A stretch of DNA of 64,000 nucleotides from an uncultured Gammaproteobacteria bacterium (lineage in GTDB: Bacteria > Patescibacteriota > Microgenomatia > Levybacterales > GWA1-39-11): NCBI GenBank assembly GCA_964485575.1, contig CAZAJO010000008.1:921-64920 (forward strand), in the 5' to 3' direction. Made by a program: the position numbers and the translations under genes. Of this stretch, positions 47,023 to 56,064 are shown in pieces. Positions within the stretch are counted from its first letter, which is position 1, and every line of letters begins with the position of its first letter. Under the pieces are notes generated by a model, which was not told the origin of the DNA, searched no databases, and saw only the letters and a program-made list of their open reading frames with translations.

Positions 47023-47559
47023 TTATTTGAATGTTATCCCGAATGTCAGACTGTATCTTAAGGTCTTTGGATTTAAGCCAAACGATCTCATATCGATTTT
47101 CTTGATCCCTCTTTTTTTGTCTGACGCAAGCTGGGCAATTTTACTTTCAATAAGATCATTGAGAGAAGAGAGGCTTTCAGATTCCAATGTAACCTGCATC
47201 TCCGTATCTGTACCATTGATTGCATCGACTTCTGAATCTTGTGGTATAACACCGGATATTGAATCAAGTCTTGCGACAACTGGAGATCTCTTGCTCAAAA
47301 CTTTTTGTACATCTATTATTCTGCTTTTTATTTCTATCAACTTGTCTTTCTTATCTTGCATAGCAAGTAGTTGAGCATTAAGTTTTTGCTCCTTTTGATC
47401 AAGACTGTCGTAAACTCCCCTCAGAACAAGTCTGTAGACGATTAGTCCCAATGAGATAACAACCGTGAAGCAAAAAACTCCGGCAGTGATATAGAAGAAT
47501 TTCTTTAAAGCGTTATCTACACGTTTACGACCTAATGAGAGATTGATTCCTTGTTTCAT
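47023..47559 (-). CDS. pilN: Type IV pilus assembly protein PilN-like
   Basis: N-terminal TM helix plus coiled coil. Position after pilM. Confidence 0.55.
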   Translation of the reverse strand: MKQGINLSLGRKRVDNALKKFFYITAGVFCFTVVISLGLIVYRLVLRGVYDSLDQKEQKLNAQLLAMQDKKDKLIEIKSRIIDVQKVLSKRSPVVARLDSISGVIPQDSEVDAINGTDTEMQVTLESESLSSLNDLIESKIAQLASDKKRGIKKIDMRSFGLNPKTLRYSLTFGITFK

Positions 47560-47564
47560 AGAGG

Positions 47565-48590
47565 CTAAATTGCGTCCTTTAATGCAAGTCCTGAGACTAC
47601 ATTAAAACTCAATGAGTCGGCACCGATTTCCGGAGGAACATTTTTCATATCATAAACCTGAAATGAACTTCCGAGAACTACCTGAATATTTAGTTGGTTT
47701 GTAAAATATATGTCAACACCAGGCAACTGAGCAGAGCCACCTGAAAGGATCATCTGGGTTATCGGTTGATTTGGATTCTTTTCTTTATACAATAACATTG
47801 TCTTTCTTATGTCTCCCAATATAGACTCCAAAATAGGGAAGAGTGATTTTCCTATTTTACCCTCAAATGCATCTTTATTGAGACCATAGGCTTTTTTGTA
47901 TGAATCTGCCTGGGTAACATCAATACCAAGATCCAATGATATTGCACGTGTTATCGCAATACCTCCCTTATCAACCGTAAATACCATTATCAGTTCCCCA
48001 TTCTCAACAACAGCAATGTTTGTGGTTGCTGCCCCCATGTGAACAATCATATTAGAGGTACCGGTATTTACGAGTGGAAAGATGGATCTATGGACTGAGA
48101 GCATTTCAGTCTCAATAGTAGAAGGTACTAGACCAAGTTCATCAAGTACTGTTTCGTATTTCTTGATGAGCGAAAGTGACGCAGCTACCAGAAGTATTCT
48201 AGATGTTTTGTTTTGCGCAGTTGAAGGACTAAGTACTTGCCAATCAGTCTTGACTTGATCCAATGGAAGAGGAATGTATTGCTCCATTTCATATTTAAGA
48301 GCCGCTGCCAATTCCTTTTCGGAAAGCGCAGGCATCTCAATAATTTTTGTATATACCTGGCTTTCAGGCAGAGCAACATTTACCTCTTTCTGTTTTATAT
48401 TTGCACTTGCAATGATTTGCTTTACTGCTTCAGCAAACTTATGAAGATCCTCTGGGGATTCGGACATGATTCCCTTTTGTGGAGCTGGACCCAGGCCCAT
48501 CGACTCTATAGCAAAAGAGTTTCCTCCTTTTTTAAGAGAAAGCGCCTTGATAGACGTCGTTCCAATGTCTAACCCAAATGTATCGCTCAT
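47565..48590 (-). CDS. pilM: Type IV pilus assembly protein PilM (actin-like ATPase fold)
   Basis: The N-terminus FGLDIGTTSIKALSL is PilM-like. The product is 341 aa. Confidence 0.85.
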   Translation of the reverse strand: MSDTFGLDIGTTSIKALSLKKGGNSFAIESMGLGPAPQKGIMSESPEDLHKFAEAVKQIIASANIKQKEVNVALPESQVYTKIIEMPALSEKELAAALKYEMEQYIPLPLDQVKTDWQVLSPSTAQNKTSRILLVAASLSLIKKYETVLDELGLVPSTIETEMLSVHRSIFPLVNTGTSNMIVHMGAATTNIAVVENGELIMVFTVDKGGIAITRAISLDLGIDVTQADSYKKAYGLNKDAFEGKIGKSLFPILESILGDIRKTMLLYKEKNPNQPITQMILSGGSAQLPGVDIYFTNQLNIQVVLGSSFQVYDMKNVPPEIGADSLSFNVVSGLALKDAI

Positions 48591-49468
48591 TGTGACAGTA
48601 ATGAATAGGGAAATATCTCAAGTGGCAGTTGGGGATATGACTGGAAATAAACAACTTTTCTGACCGTGTCCCCGGATGTACCCGTTGAAGTTACCACGGA
48701 TCCTTGAGCTGGAAAGACTACCCCTGAAGACTGAAAACCAACAAGACTTGAGTTAAATATTGGGATGACTTTCATGATAAGACCATTTGATAGACTTGCT
48801 CCTCCAAAAGTGAGTGAGGCTGAATTTCTAAATGTTACTCCTTTTAGAGTGAATGGCCCACCCGAGGTGGTGCCAGTTGCCGCACCGGAAATTCTTGAAC
48901 ATCCGGATGCTTCATACACATTTTTTTGAATTGTAGGATTGGCAACCGTTCCTCTCAACAAAACTACTTCGATTGCAGGAGCGACACTGTCACCACTTGA
49001 AGCTGAACAAGAAGTCTGTGACACATTGCCCCAATATAGAGTGATACCCACGGGATTTCCTGCTCCCATTTGATTGAGGAAAAGGTTTGCTGGATTTGCT
49101 GAATAATCAGATAGCCATACATCTGCTCCTGAAGCTTGATCAACCTCCTGTCCATTGTTTATGACAATAGCAGTTCCATTGTCTGTCGTAAAAGTAGTTG
49201 AGAAAGAGGCGTTATTATCTAGATTTATTGGGGAATTTAAAGTACCGATACCACTTTGTCTCTCGATTGTTTGTTGAATGCCTGATTCAGCAGCCTGAAA
49301 AGCTCTTTGAGATTCTTCATTTTGCTTTGAAAGTTTTAATTCAGTTACAACCCGGGCTGCAATGGATAATCCAACTGTTAATGCAACGATCATGGTCAAT
49401 ACCACAATGAGGAGGATTTGTCCTTTCTGACCACCACGAATAATCCCATTTCTAAAAGACATAGACAT
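48587..49468 (-). CDS. PilX-N-domain-like minor pilin or pilus assembly protein
   Basis: N-terminus RGGQKGQILLIVVLTMIVALTVGLSIAA. Its stop overlaps the pilM start by 4 nt. Confidence 0.5.
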   Translation of the reverse strand: MSMSFRNGIIRGGQKGQILLIVVLTMIVALTVGLSIAARVVTELKLSKQNEESQRAFQAAESGIQQTIERQSGIGTLNSPINLDNNASFSTTFTTDNGTAIVINNGQEVDQASGADVWLSDYSANPANLFLNQMGAGNPVGITLYWGNVSQTSCSASSGDSVAPAIEVVLLRGTVANPTIQKNVYEASGCSRISGAATGTTSGGPFTLKGVTFRNSASLTFGGASLSNGLIMKVIPIFNSSLVGFQSSGVVFPAQGSVVTSTGTSGDTVRKVVYFQSYPQLPLEIFPYSLLSQ

Positions 49469-49502
49469 ATCAATAATACGGTCAAAGCGGAGACGATGTC
49501 AA

Positions 49503-49559
49503 GCTACGACCTGCTATTCAGGTTGCGCTACGACCTGCTATGCAGGTTGCGCTATGGAC
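49503..49559. repeat. Intergenic tandem direct repeat, 24-bp unit x about 2.4, each unit holding a small hairpin (ACCTG-ctatt-CAGGT)
   Basis: gctacgacctgctattcaggttgc, then gctacgacctgctatgcaggttgc, then gctatggac. It lies in the spacer between the 194-aa pilin stop and the PilX-like start. Confidence 0.7.
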
Positions 49560-50136
49560 TAAAGTTTCTCATCGTAACTGATGTATTGAATGGACTATTT
49601 GCTGTATTTTCACTTGTAGTATTTGCTCTTTGTGAAACGGTGAAAGATACGCTTATGATAGGCTGAGAATAAGGGTTTGCATTATTTTGTAAACACGAAA
49701 AAGTACAGCTAGCAGGATCAACTTTTACTGAATTATTGTCTATTAGATAGGTAGTTATAGAACCACTGGAGGAAGCTATGCTTGCTGATTGAATATCGCA
49801 AGAAAACGCTACGAGTGAGTTATCGGATTGCTTGAATTCGATTGACGTGCCTGACTTAAGAGTAGTGCAATCTGAGATGGCAACACCTCCAACTTTTGTC
49901 ACTGACTCAGCCAATCTTGCAGTATTTGAAATAATTGAAAGAGCATAATTACCATTTTGAGAAACATCATTTGTTACTTTAGTCTTATTACCACCACGAA
50001 GAGTAGAGTAGAGAATACCGACTATTAGCCCCGACACAATCACAATGATACTTGTAACAGCCAAAAGCTCAACAAGAGTGTAGCCCTTTTGGCCATTTTT
50101 TAGTTTGTAGTTTATAGTTTTTAGTTTGGTAATCAT
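49552..50136 (-). CDS. Type IV pilin-like protein (prepilin)
   Basis: Class III signal ...KNGQKGYTLVELLAVTSIIVIVSG. Confidence 0.75.
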   Translation of the reverse strand: MITKLKTINYKLKNGQKGYTLVELLAVTSIIVIVSGLIVGILYSTLRGGNKTKVTNDVSQNGNYALSIISNTARLAESVTKVGGVAISDCTTLKSGTSIEFKQSDNSLVAFSCDIQSASIASSSGSITTYLIDNNSVKVDPASCTFSCLQNNANPYSQPIISVSFTVSQRANTTSENTANSPFNTSVTMRNFSP

Positions 50137-50615
50137 GGATTACTGGCAGGATACGCATATGGCATACATGCAATAAGTTCTGACTTGTGACAAAATGTGT
50201 TTGTCGAGGGACATTTCGTCGAAATCCATTTGACTCGTACAGTTACTTTTATTTCAGTGTTTGGACATTGCCCCCCACTTGGGGAAAAAACAACTGTCCT
50301 GTTAAAAGTTGTTCCCAGGTTGATTCCAGTATCGCTACAAGATGTAGTTGTTAAAGTATTGTTATCTTCATCAATACAGTATGTTGCATTTTGGTTAAAT
50401 GAAGCAAAGGTTGAAAGATCGTTTTTCTGTATGTTCCTTACGAATTCGATTCCTTGTTGCGCATACTTATTGGCTTGGTTTTGTTTTTTTATGAAAGTAG
50501 AATTATATAGTCCATTCACAATCACAATAGCTATAGCTGTAATGATAAGAAGGATAGTCATAAGCGCAACTATCGCTTCAATAATTGTTTGACCCCTTTG
50601 AAGTTTGTGTTTCAT
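50133..50615 (-). CDS. Type IV pilin-like protein (prepilin), start trimmed to MKHKLQRGQTIIEAIVAL
   Basis: G-x-x-x-x-E prepilin motif. The track start 50678 would overlap the upstream gene. An ATG at 50613-50615 gives a tga-n-atg junction. Confidence 0.6.
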   Translation of the reverse strand: MKHKLQRGQTIIEAIVALMTILLIITAIAIVIVNGLYNSTFIKKQNQANKYAQQGIEFVRNIQKNDLSTFASFNQNATYCIDEDNNTLTTTSCSDTGINLGTTFNRTVVFSPSGGQCPNTEIKVTVRVKWISTKCPSTNTFCHKSELIACMPYAYPASNP

Positions 50616-50616
50616 A

Positions 50617-51168
50617 TCATTGAACAGAAATATTTCCACCGGAATCAATAGTGATAGTTTTTGTCTGACCGTATCCAATCACTACGATATTACATGGAGC
50701 CCCACCAACCGTTGACGACAAAGGACTAAAATGAACCTGAGTACAAGTAGTTGCAGCAGAAAAAGTTAAATTGTTGGGTAAAACAAGAAGTCTTATGCGT
50801 GAGGGGCTTACATTCTCGCACAATTGATTGAGTTCCATCTGAGAATTACCAAGCATATTTATTGTGTATCCCCCAAGAGAATCAGAACCACAAGAGATGG
50901 TATTGCCATTGAGGTCTTGATTGGTCTTGACTGCAGATAGTGCGTTGAATCGAGCCTGACTAACAAGAAGTTTTATATTATTGCCGGTTTGATTGACTTG
51001 TTGGGAGTGACTATACGTAACGAAAGACACAATTCCTATGCCAGAAAGTACAGCAATTATGCTAAACACAACAAGAAGCTCAATTAGGGTGAAACCACGA
51101 GAATTTGAGAGTTGAGATTTGAGAATTAAGAATTTTAAATTTGTGATCTTCTGGGTAAAACATTTCAT
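50617..51168 (-). CDS. Type IV pilin (prepilin)
   Basis: Leader MKCFTQKITNLKFLILKSQLSNSRGFTLIELLVV. Confidence 0.8.
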   Translation of the reverse strand: MKCFTQKITNLKFLILKSQLSNSRGFTLIELLVVFSIIAVLSGIGIVSFVTYSHSQQVNQTGNNIKLLVSQARFNALSAVKTNQDLNGNTISCGSDSLGGYTINMLGNSQMELNQLCENVSPSRIRLLVLPNNLTFSAATTCTQVHFSPLSSTVGGAPCNIVVIGYGQTKTITIDSGGNISVQ

Positions 51169-51205
51169 ACTTAAATATCAATTCTCAATTTTCAATTATC
51201 AATTT

Positions 51206-51667
51206 TTATGGGCTGGTTAATTTGAAAGGTACATTCGGGGAAGTACAAACGTTAGCGTCGGCTTGATCAGTATCCTTCTCAGAGTCATTTGAATTCTCAA
51301 GGCAACCAAATAGTGTGTAGGTAGATCCGTCAACTGCTGCAGTATATATATAAGGGTCACCCGTAACTGGATCACATGGTACTTTCTGCATATATACGGT
51401 CCCATTTACTGAAATCCCATTACCACAAGTAGATAGATTTGCAGTAGCAGGGTAGTCACCATTATCTGCTCTGTAAAGCTCTAAAGCAGACTGCATTTGG
51501 TACATATTTGACTTTCTTTGCCCGTCTCTTCCTCGTTGTCTTGCACCAATGAAATTTGCTGTCAAAAGAGCTGTGAGAATAGCAATTATAGAGATTGAAA
51601 CCAATAATTCGATGAGCGTGAAACCTCGAGGGTTTGAGAGTTGAGATTTGAGAGTTGAGAATTTCAT
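51206..51667 (-). CDS. Type IV pilin (prepilin, 153 aa, Cys-containing C-terminal domain)
   Basis: Leader MKFSTLKSQLSNPRGFTLIELLVSISIIAILTA. The start overlaps the upstream gene's stop (ATGA). Confidence 0.8.
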   Translation of the reverse strand: MKFSTLKSQLSNPRGFTLIELLVSISIIAILTALLTANFIGARQRGRDGQRKSNMYQMQSALELYRADNGDYPATANLSTCGNGISVNGTVYMQKVPCDPVTGDPYIYTAAVDGSTYTLFGCLENSNDSEKDTDQADANVCTSPNVPFKLTSP

Positions 51668-52029
51668 GATTGATTCTTAAGTTTATTAATTATAGAAACC
51701 AGTATGGCTACAATCTCATTTGATTCACTTTTAAGTTTAGATAGTTCTTTTGCCGAAAGCAAGCCTGATACCTCAATGACTTCAAGCCAATAGTATGTCT
51801 CCTTAGCTTCTCGAAGAGAAATGAGCATTTTTTGCCTAAAATCCTTAGGTGATGATGCATCTTGCGCCTCGTAAACATTCGCCCCAATTGAAGTAGCAGA
51901 CCTAACAATTTGAGATGCTAACGCGTAACCTGCAGGAGTTTTTGGAAACATATTAGACAACCTTATAGTATCTGAAGAAAAAGAAATCAAACGTTGCATA
52001 AATTCTTTTTTCCATTGATTTCTGTCCAT
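51664..52029 (-). CDS. Four-helix-bundle protein (23S rRNA intervening-sequence protein family, TIGR02436-like)
   Basis: ...SATSIGANVYEAQDASSPKDFRQKMLISLREAKETYYWLEVI... is the typical signature. The product is 121 aa. Confidence 0.8.
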   Translation of the reverse strand: MDRNQWKKEFMQRLISFSSDTIRLSNMFPKTPAGYALASQIVRSATSIGANVYEAQDASSPKDFRQKMLISLREAKETYYWLEVIEVSGLLSAKELSKLKSESNEIVAILVSIINKLKNQS

Positions 52030-52069
52030 AATGTGAACATTTTTAAATTTTCAAATCTCAATTCTCAAT

Positions 52070-52717
52070 TCATGGCGATATATTTGGGCTTGTAACTCCA
52101 TAGGTGCAGGGCACATTTGTTCCGCAGGTTATATCTGTTCCGCCAATTCCGGTCCCAATCGTACTTTGGCAAGCACTTCCGCCATTGCAAGCCTGAGGAT
52201 CATTGCCACCTCTGTCTAAAGATGCATAAAGTGCATACGACTGCCCGGTAGAATCTGACCAGTACGCATAATTCTTAGCAACCTTTGGATCTATTGGGAG
52301 TACATCCATATATGGACTCCATGTGTGTCCCCATGCAACTGCGGTACCGCTTGTCCCATCTGTGGATATCTCATTTATGTTTGCAGCTTGGTAGGCTGGA
52401 GGATATCTATGGAAGTCGTTATAATAGACCTCAAGTGCTCTTTGGACCTGTGCAAGGTCTCCTTTTCTTTTTGAGTCCTGGCTTTTATTGAACTGCTCAA
52501 CTGGATTGACAACGGCAAGGATGAGTGCGGACAAAACTCCAAGAACACCGATGACCGTAATTAGCTCGATGAGAGTAAATCCACCACTTACCCCTACAAG
52601 AAGTTGTTGACGAAGATATTGAGGATTTGTTCTCCCCAAAAAAGGGATATCACGACTGAAACAACCAAAAAAGGTCCGAACGGAATTGTGCTTCCAAAAA
52701 AGTGCAATTTGCGCCAT
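52070..52717 (-). CDS. Type IV pilin-like protein with an unusually long (about 40 aa) leader. The 5' end overlaps the pilD 3' end by 124 nt
   Basis: ...LLVGVSGGFTLIELITVIGVLGVLSAL. No alternative ATG/GTG/TTG start lies between the pilD stop and the GG|FTLIE site. Confidence 0.65.
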   Translation of the reverse strand: MAQIALFWKHNSVRTFFGCFSRDIPFLGRTNPQYLRQQLLVGVSGGFTLIELITVIGVLGVLSALILAVVNPVEQFNKSQDSKRKGDLAQVQRALEVYYNDFHRYPPAYQAANINEISTDGTSGTAVAWGHTWSPYMDVLPIDPKVAKNYAYWSDSTGQSYALYASLDRGGNDPQACNGGSACQSTIGTGIGGTDITCGTNVPCTYGVTSPNISP

Positions 52718-53355
52718 ACAACCAGTATGATTGAGACCAAAGCACCTGTCAAGAAAGCCATATATAAGGCTACGATGACTGATGGAAATCCCAATAAAAA
52801 CCCTAATACGAAGGAAAATTTAACATCCCCAAACCCCATTCCCCTCCCCTTTGTAATTGCGAAAAGTATAAGAAAAAACAGCAGTGCACCGATTCCTGCA
52901 TATAGATGATTTGTTAGCGGCACATGCTTCTCGTAAAGATAAAAGATGCTTGCTATCGTTGACACTATGACTAATAAGTCAGGTATAATCCCGTATTCGA
53001 TATCGGCAAAAAAGATTCCTATAAGACTCCACAATATCACAGCTAAAAACAAGGCAGAAAACATAGTAATTGTCTGCGCCATAAATAGTGTGGCAACAAG
53101 CGTAAATGTTATACCAGTCAAAACTTCAACAATGATGAGCCTTCGCGGAATTTTTTTCTTACAAAATCTACATTTTCCACCCAAGATAAGATAAGAGACT
53201 ATAGGGATAAGATCTTGTGGGGAGAGTATTCTTTTACAGTGTTCACAGTACGATCTTCCACCAACAATACCACGCCCCGTTGAAAGTCTATCAATAACAA
53301 CGTTTAGAAAACTCCCCAAGACGCTACCAATTATAAAAGAGAGTAGTAGAACCAT
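52594..53355 (-). CDS. pilD: Prepilin peptidase (A24 family)
   Basis: N-terminal CxxC..CxxC (CEHCKR...CRFCKK) and catalytic Asp contexts FADIEYGIIPD and GMGFGDVKF. Confidence 0.9.
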   Translation of the reverse strand: MVLLLSFIIGSVLGSFLNVVIDRLSTGRGIVGGRSYCEHCKRILSPQDLIPIVSYLILGGKCRFCKKKIPRRLIIVEVLTGITFTLVATLFMAQTITMFSALFLAVILWSLIGIFFADIEYGIIPDLLVIVSTIASIFYLYEKHVPLTNHLYAGIGALLFFLILFAITKGRGMGFGDVKFSFVLGFLLGFPSVIVALYMAFLTGALVSIILVVWRKLHFFGSTIPFGPFLVVSVVISLFWGEQILNIFVNNFL

Positions 53356-53368
53356 TCCTTAAGTATAC

Positions 53369-55393
53369 CTATTTTTGTACTTCTTTTGTTATGGCTTTCT
53401 TTATATCTTCATTGAAAATACTCTTGTAGTATTTAGCAACCTCATCTACCTTCTTTTTATCTTTGTAACAATTTAATGCGTTGAAGTACCAGAAATAATA
53501 ATAACTTTTCTCGATAGGGTACAGATCTATTGCTTTTTTCATATCCGTATCTGCATCCGAGCAGTTACCGTATTGGCTTTCAACTCTGGATTTGCCTGCA
53601 TATCCTTTAGAAAACTCAGGATCAATAACAGTTGCGTATTTATAGTATTTAGCCGCGGCGCTAAAATCAGCATACTCACTAAAAAAAACATCCCCAATTT
53701 TGACGAATGCATCAGCATAATATGTAGGAATGTCTGACGTTGTAAGATTCCTCTCACTTGGTAGTAGTTTTGCCCGTTCTGGGATGTCGATACTGGCAAA
53801 ATCGTGTGGGAACATCCTCCTATAATCTTCAACGGAGGGTAAATTTTTTCTTTCAATAAGTTGATAACCTATTCCCCTCGGTAACCACATAAATTCGCTA
53901 TTGTTGAGTTTGATCTGCGTTGTCGCAAAAACGGGACGACTCTTTGATATTTTTTCGATAGTCCTAAAAAAGGCGTACAGATCGTCTTTTTTGTATTCTT
54001 TCTTTGATTGCTCAAAGAGAGGTGTGAAATAGTCATTTCTTATGGCAAAATTTCCTATTTCAACAAGCTCTATGTCTGGCCTTGTCTTCTTCACAAAGTG
54101 CATGTACCACGTATTGAATGATTTCGTATCCCCCTCTGCAACAAGTATTGATCCTTTAGGTAAATTTCTCATGAAATTGGCTCCAAATTCATTTCCAATC
54201 GACATGCTTGAGAGGTTTGTTTTTTGATAATTTTTAGTGAACTGCAGTAGTGGAATCAATATAAAAACCGCCAAAAGAATCATTGAATATATCTTTTTTG
54301 AAAAGACTCTTGCAAAAAAAGTGTAGATAAATAGTAATCCCCACGGAAAAAATATGACCAACATGACCTCAGAAAGAAGATAAAAACGTTCAACTGTTGC
54401 AAGAACAAAATTGTTGGTTATAGGAAAAGCTGCATAAAGGATAAATACTGGACCTAGAAGTAGGATAGACCCCATCATCAAAAACCCTAAATATTTTTCT
54501 TTACGAATCATGTTATATATTCCAAGTAGTGAAATAATTACAACTGGTATAGTTAATGAAGAACTGAGTGATTCAAAATAGTTTTTCAATAGGAAACTCC
54601 TCAATTCAAATGCAGGTCTAGGAAATATTCCTGCTGAAAATGTACCATAATCTCTTCTTAATACAAGGTTGATGAAATTCGGAAGGTTTTTTGCGTCATC
54701 CCAGTTTACGACCGGATTTCTAACAGCTGCTATTGGGATGTAAAGATATGGAAGCAGCCCTAAAAGAAAAACAGGGGGTAACCATAGTAATTTTTTGCGG
54801 AAAGAAAAAATTTCCCGTCTTTTGTTTATAGCCAAAAAGACAACTAGTGGGACCAGCATGAGAATAGTCATGTGGTTTGCCAACCCAAGGCCCAAAAATA
54901 ATACTGTCAAAGCTAAGTTTTTAAATCTCACCTTCTTATAAAAAATGAAAATATTGTAAACCATGCAAAGGGAAAGAAATATATTGAGCATAAAAACCTC
55001 AGGTATTTCGCTAAAAAGCCAGAAATGATAGGAAAATGCCAGCGCTCCGATACTTATGATTTGGATCATCTTATCCGATATGAAGATTTTTGTGATTTTC
55101 CAAAAAACGAAAAGTGAACCTATCGCTGCAAAAGCAGAGATCAGTCCAACTTTAGTAACAGGCTCAAGATTTAGTTGCAAATGACTTAAAGCAAAACCAA
55201 GCACTGTAAAGAGTGGGTATCCCGGAGGGTGAGCAACACCACCAACTACAGCAGCAGTAACGAGATCTCCAACATCCCCACCATAAATATCACTTGTCAA
55301 TCCAGATATATAGAAAAATAAGATTATGGACAGAAAAATAGAGACGAAGAAGGAAAAAAAGCCGATTGTTATTTTTATTCCACCAATAGACAT
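53369..55393 (-). CDS. DUF2723 / TMEM260-like GT-C-fold membrane glycosyltransferase with a C-terminal TPR domain
   Basis: The N-terminus ...DIYGGDVGDLVTAAVVGGVAHPPGYPLFTVLGF... carries the DUF2723 signature. There are at least 10 TM helices and a TPR-like Tyr/Lys-rich tail. Confidence 0.65.
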   Translation of the reverse strand: MSIGGIKITIGFFSFFVSIFLSIILFFYISGLTSDIYGGDVGDLVTAAVVGGVAHPPGYPLFTVLGFALSHLQLNLEPVTKVGLISAFAAIGSLFVFWKITKIFISDKMIQIISIGALAFSYHFWLFSEIPEVFMLNIFLSLCMVYNIFIFYKKVRFKNLALTVLFLGLGLANHMTILMLVPLVVFLAINKRREIFSFRKKLLWLPPVFLLGLLPYLYIPIAAVRNPVVNWDDAKNLPNFINLVLRRDYGTFSAGIFPRPAFELRSFLLKNYFESLSSSLTIPVVIISLLGIYNMIRKEKYLGFLMMGSILLLGPVFILYAAFPITNNFVLATVERFYLLSEVMLVIFFPWGLLFIYTFFARVFSKKIYSMILLAVFILIPLLQFTKNYQKTNLSSMSIGNEFGANFMRNLPKGSILVAEGDTKSFNTWYMHFVKKTRPDIELVEIGNFAIRNDYFTPLFEQSKKEYKKDDLYAFFRTIEKISKSRPVFATTQIKLNNSEFMWLPRGIGYQLIERKNLPSVEDYRRMFPHDFASIDIPERAKLLPSERNLTTSDIPTYYADAFVKIGDVFFSEYADFSAAAKYYKYATVIDPEFSKGYAGKSRVESQYGNCSDADTDMKKAIDLYPIEKSYYYFWYFNALNCYKDKKKVDEVAKYYKSIFNEDIKKAITKEVQK

Positions 55394-55443
55394 TATTGAA
55401 AGTTATATCAAAAAAAAGAAATTAAGAGAAGACTAAAGATGAA

Positions 55444-56010
55444 TTACTGTGTACACCAGTAGCAGTTGGCATTATTAGGAGCTACTGGATTGTTTGGACC
55501 TCCTACGCAAGCTGCATTTGAGCTTGGAGTAGTACCATCCTGGTTATACTTTGTATTAATATCACGCTCTTGAGATTTTGATTTTGGCTGATAGCACATT
55601 GTTATATTCCCACCTGTCTCACTAGCATATAGATTGGCAAGTATTCCGGTAGCTGTTGTGAAGGCTGGTTTGAGTTCTCCCTCAGTTATAAGAACTCCGA
55701 GACATGTTGTGAACATAGCAGAATCGGTAAATAAATTGACTGCTGACAACGTATTGTTGCCTACGCCCATACATTCAGCACCTGCTGCCCCCCAAGGCAT
55801 AGCACTATGAGTAGTGTAGTAGCGAATGTTTGCATTCAGAAACTCAACCGCAGTATTTTTAGAATTTGAATCTTGTGCTTTATTCAACTGCTCGAAAGGG
55901 TCAATAGTCGCAACCAAAGCAGCAGCGAGGATACCGAGAATACCAATAACAACGAGAAGCTCGATGAGGGTGAAACCTTTCTGTAACTGTCGGACAGGTG
56001 ACAATTTCAT
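55444..56010 (-). CDS. Type IV pilin (prepilin) and candidate major pilin
   Basis: MKLSPVRQLQKGFTLIELLVVIGILGILAAALVATI is a canonical signal. It has its own promoter and a downstream T8 run. Confidence 0.85.
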   Translation of the reverse strand: MKLSPVRQLQKGFTLIELLVVIGILGILAAALVATIDPFEQLNKAQDSNSKNTAVEFLNANIRYYTTHSAMPWGAAGAECMGVGNNTLSAVNLFTDSAMFTTCLGVLITEGELKPAFTTATGILANLYASETGGNITMCYQPKSKSQERDINTKYNQDGTTPSSNAACVGGPNNPVAPNNANCYWCTQ

Positions 56011-56019
56011 ATTAAGTCA

Positions 56020-56049
56020 ATCATAACCACAATGAATTTCCCTTGTCAA
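56020..56049 (-). promoter_or_regulatory. Candidate promoter TTGACA-N18-TATGAT about 9 nt upstream of the pilin ATG
   Basis: Minus-strand -35 is the revcomp of 56044-56049 and -10 is the revcomp of 56020-56025. Confidence 0.45.
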
Positions 56050-56064
56050 GGGGTACTTTCACGC

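Noticed and set aside
49503-49559. Considered as a mini-CRISPR array
   Set aside because: There are only 2.4 contiguous copies of a 24-bp unit with no spacers, and no cas genes anywhere in the window.
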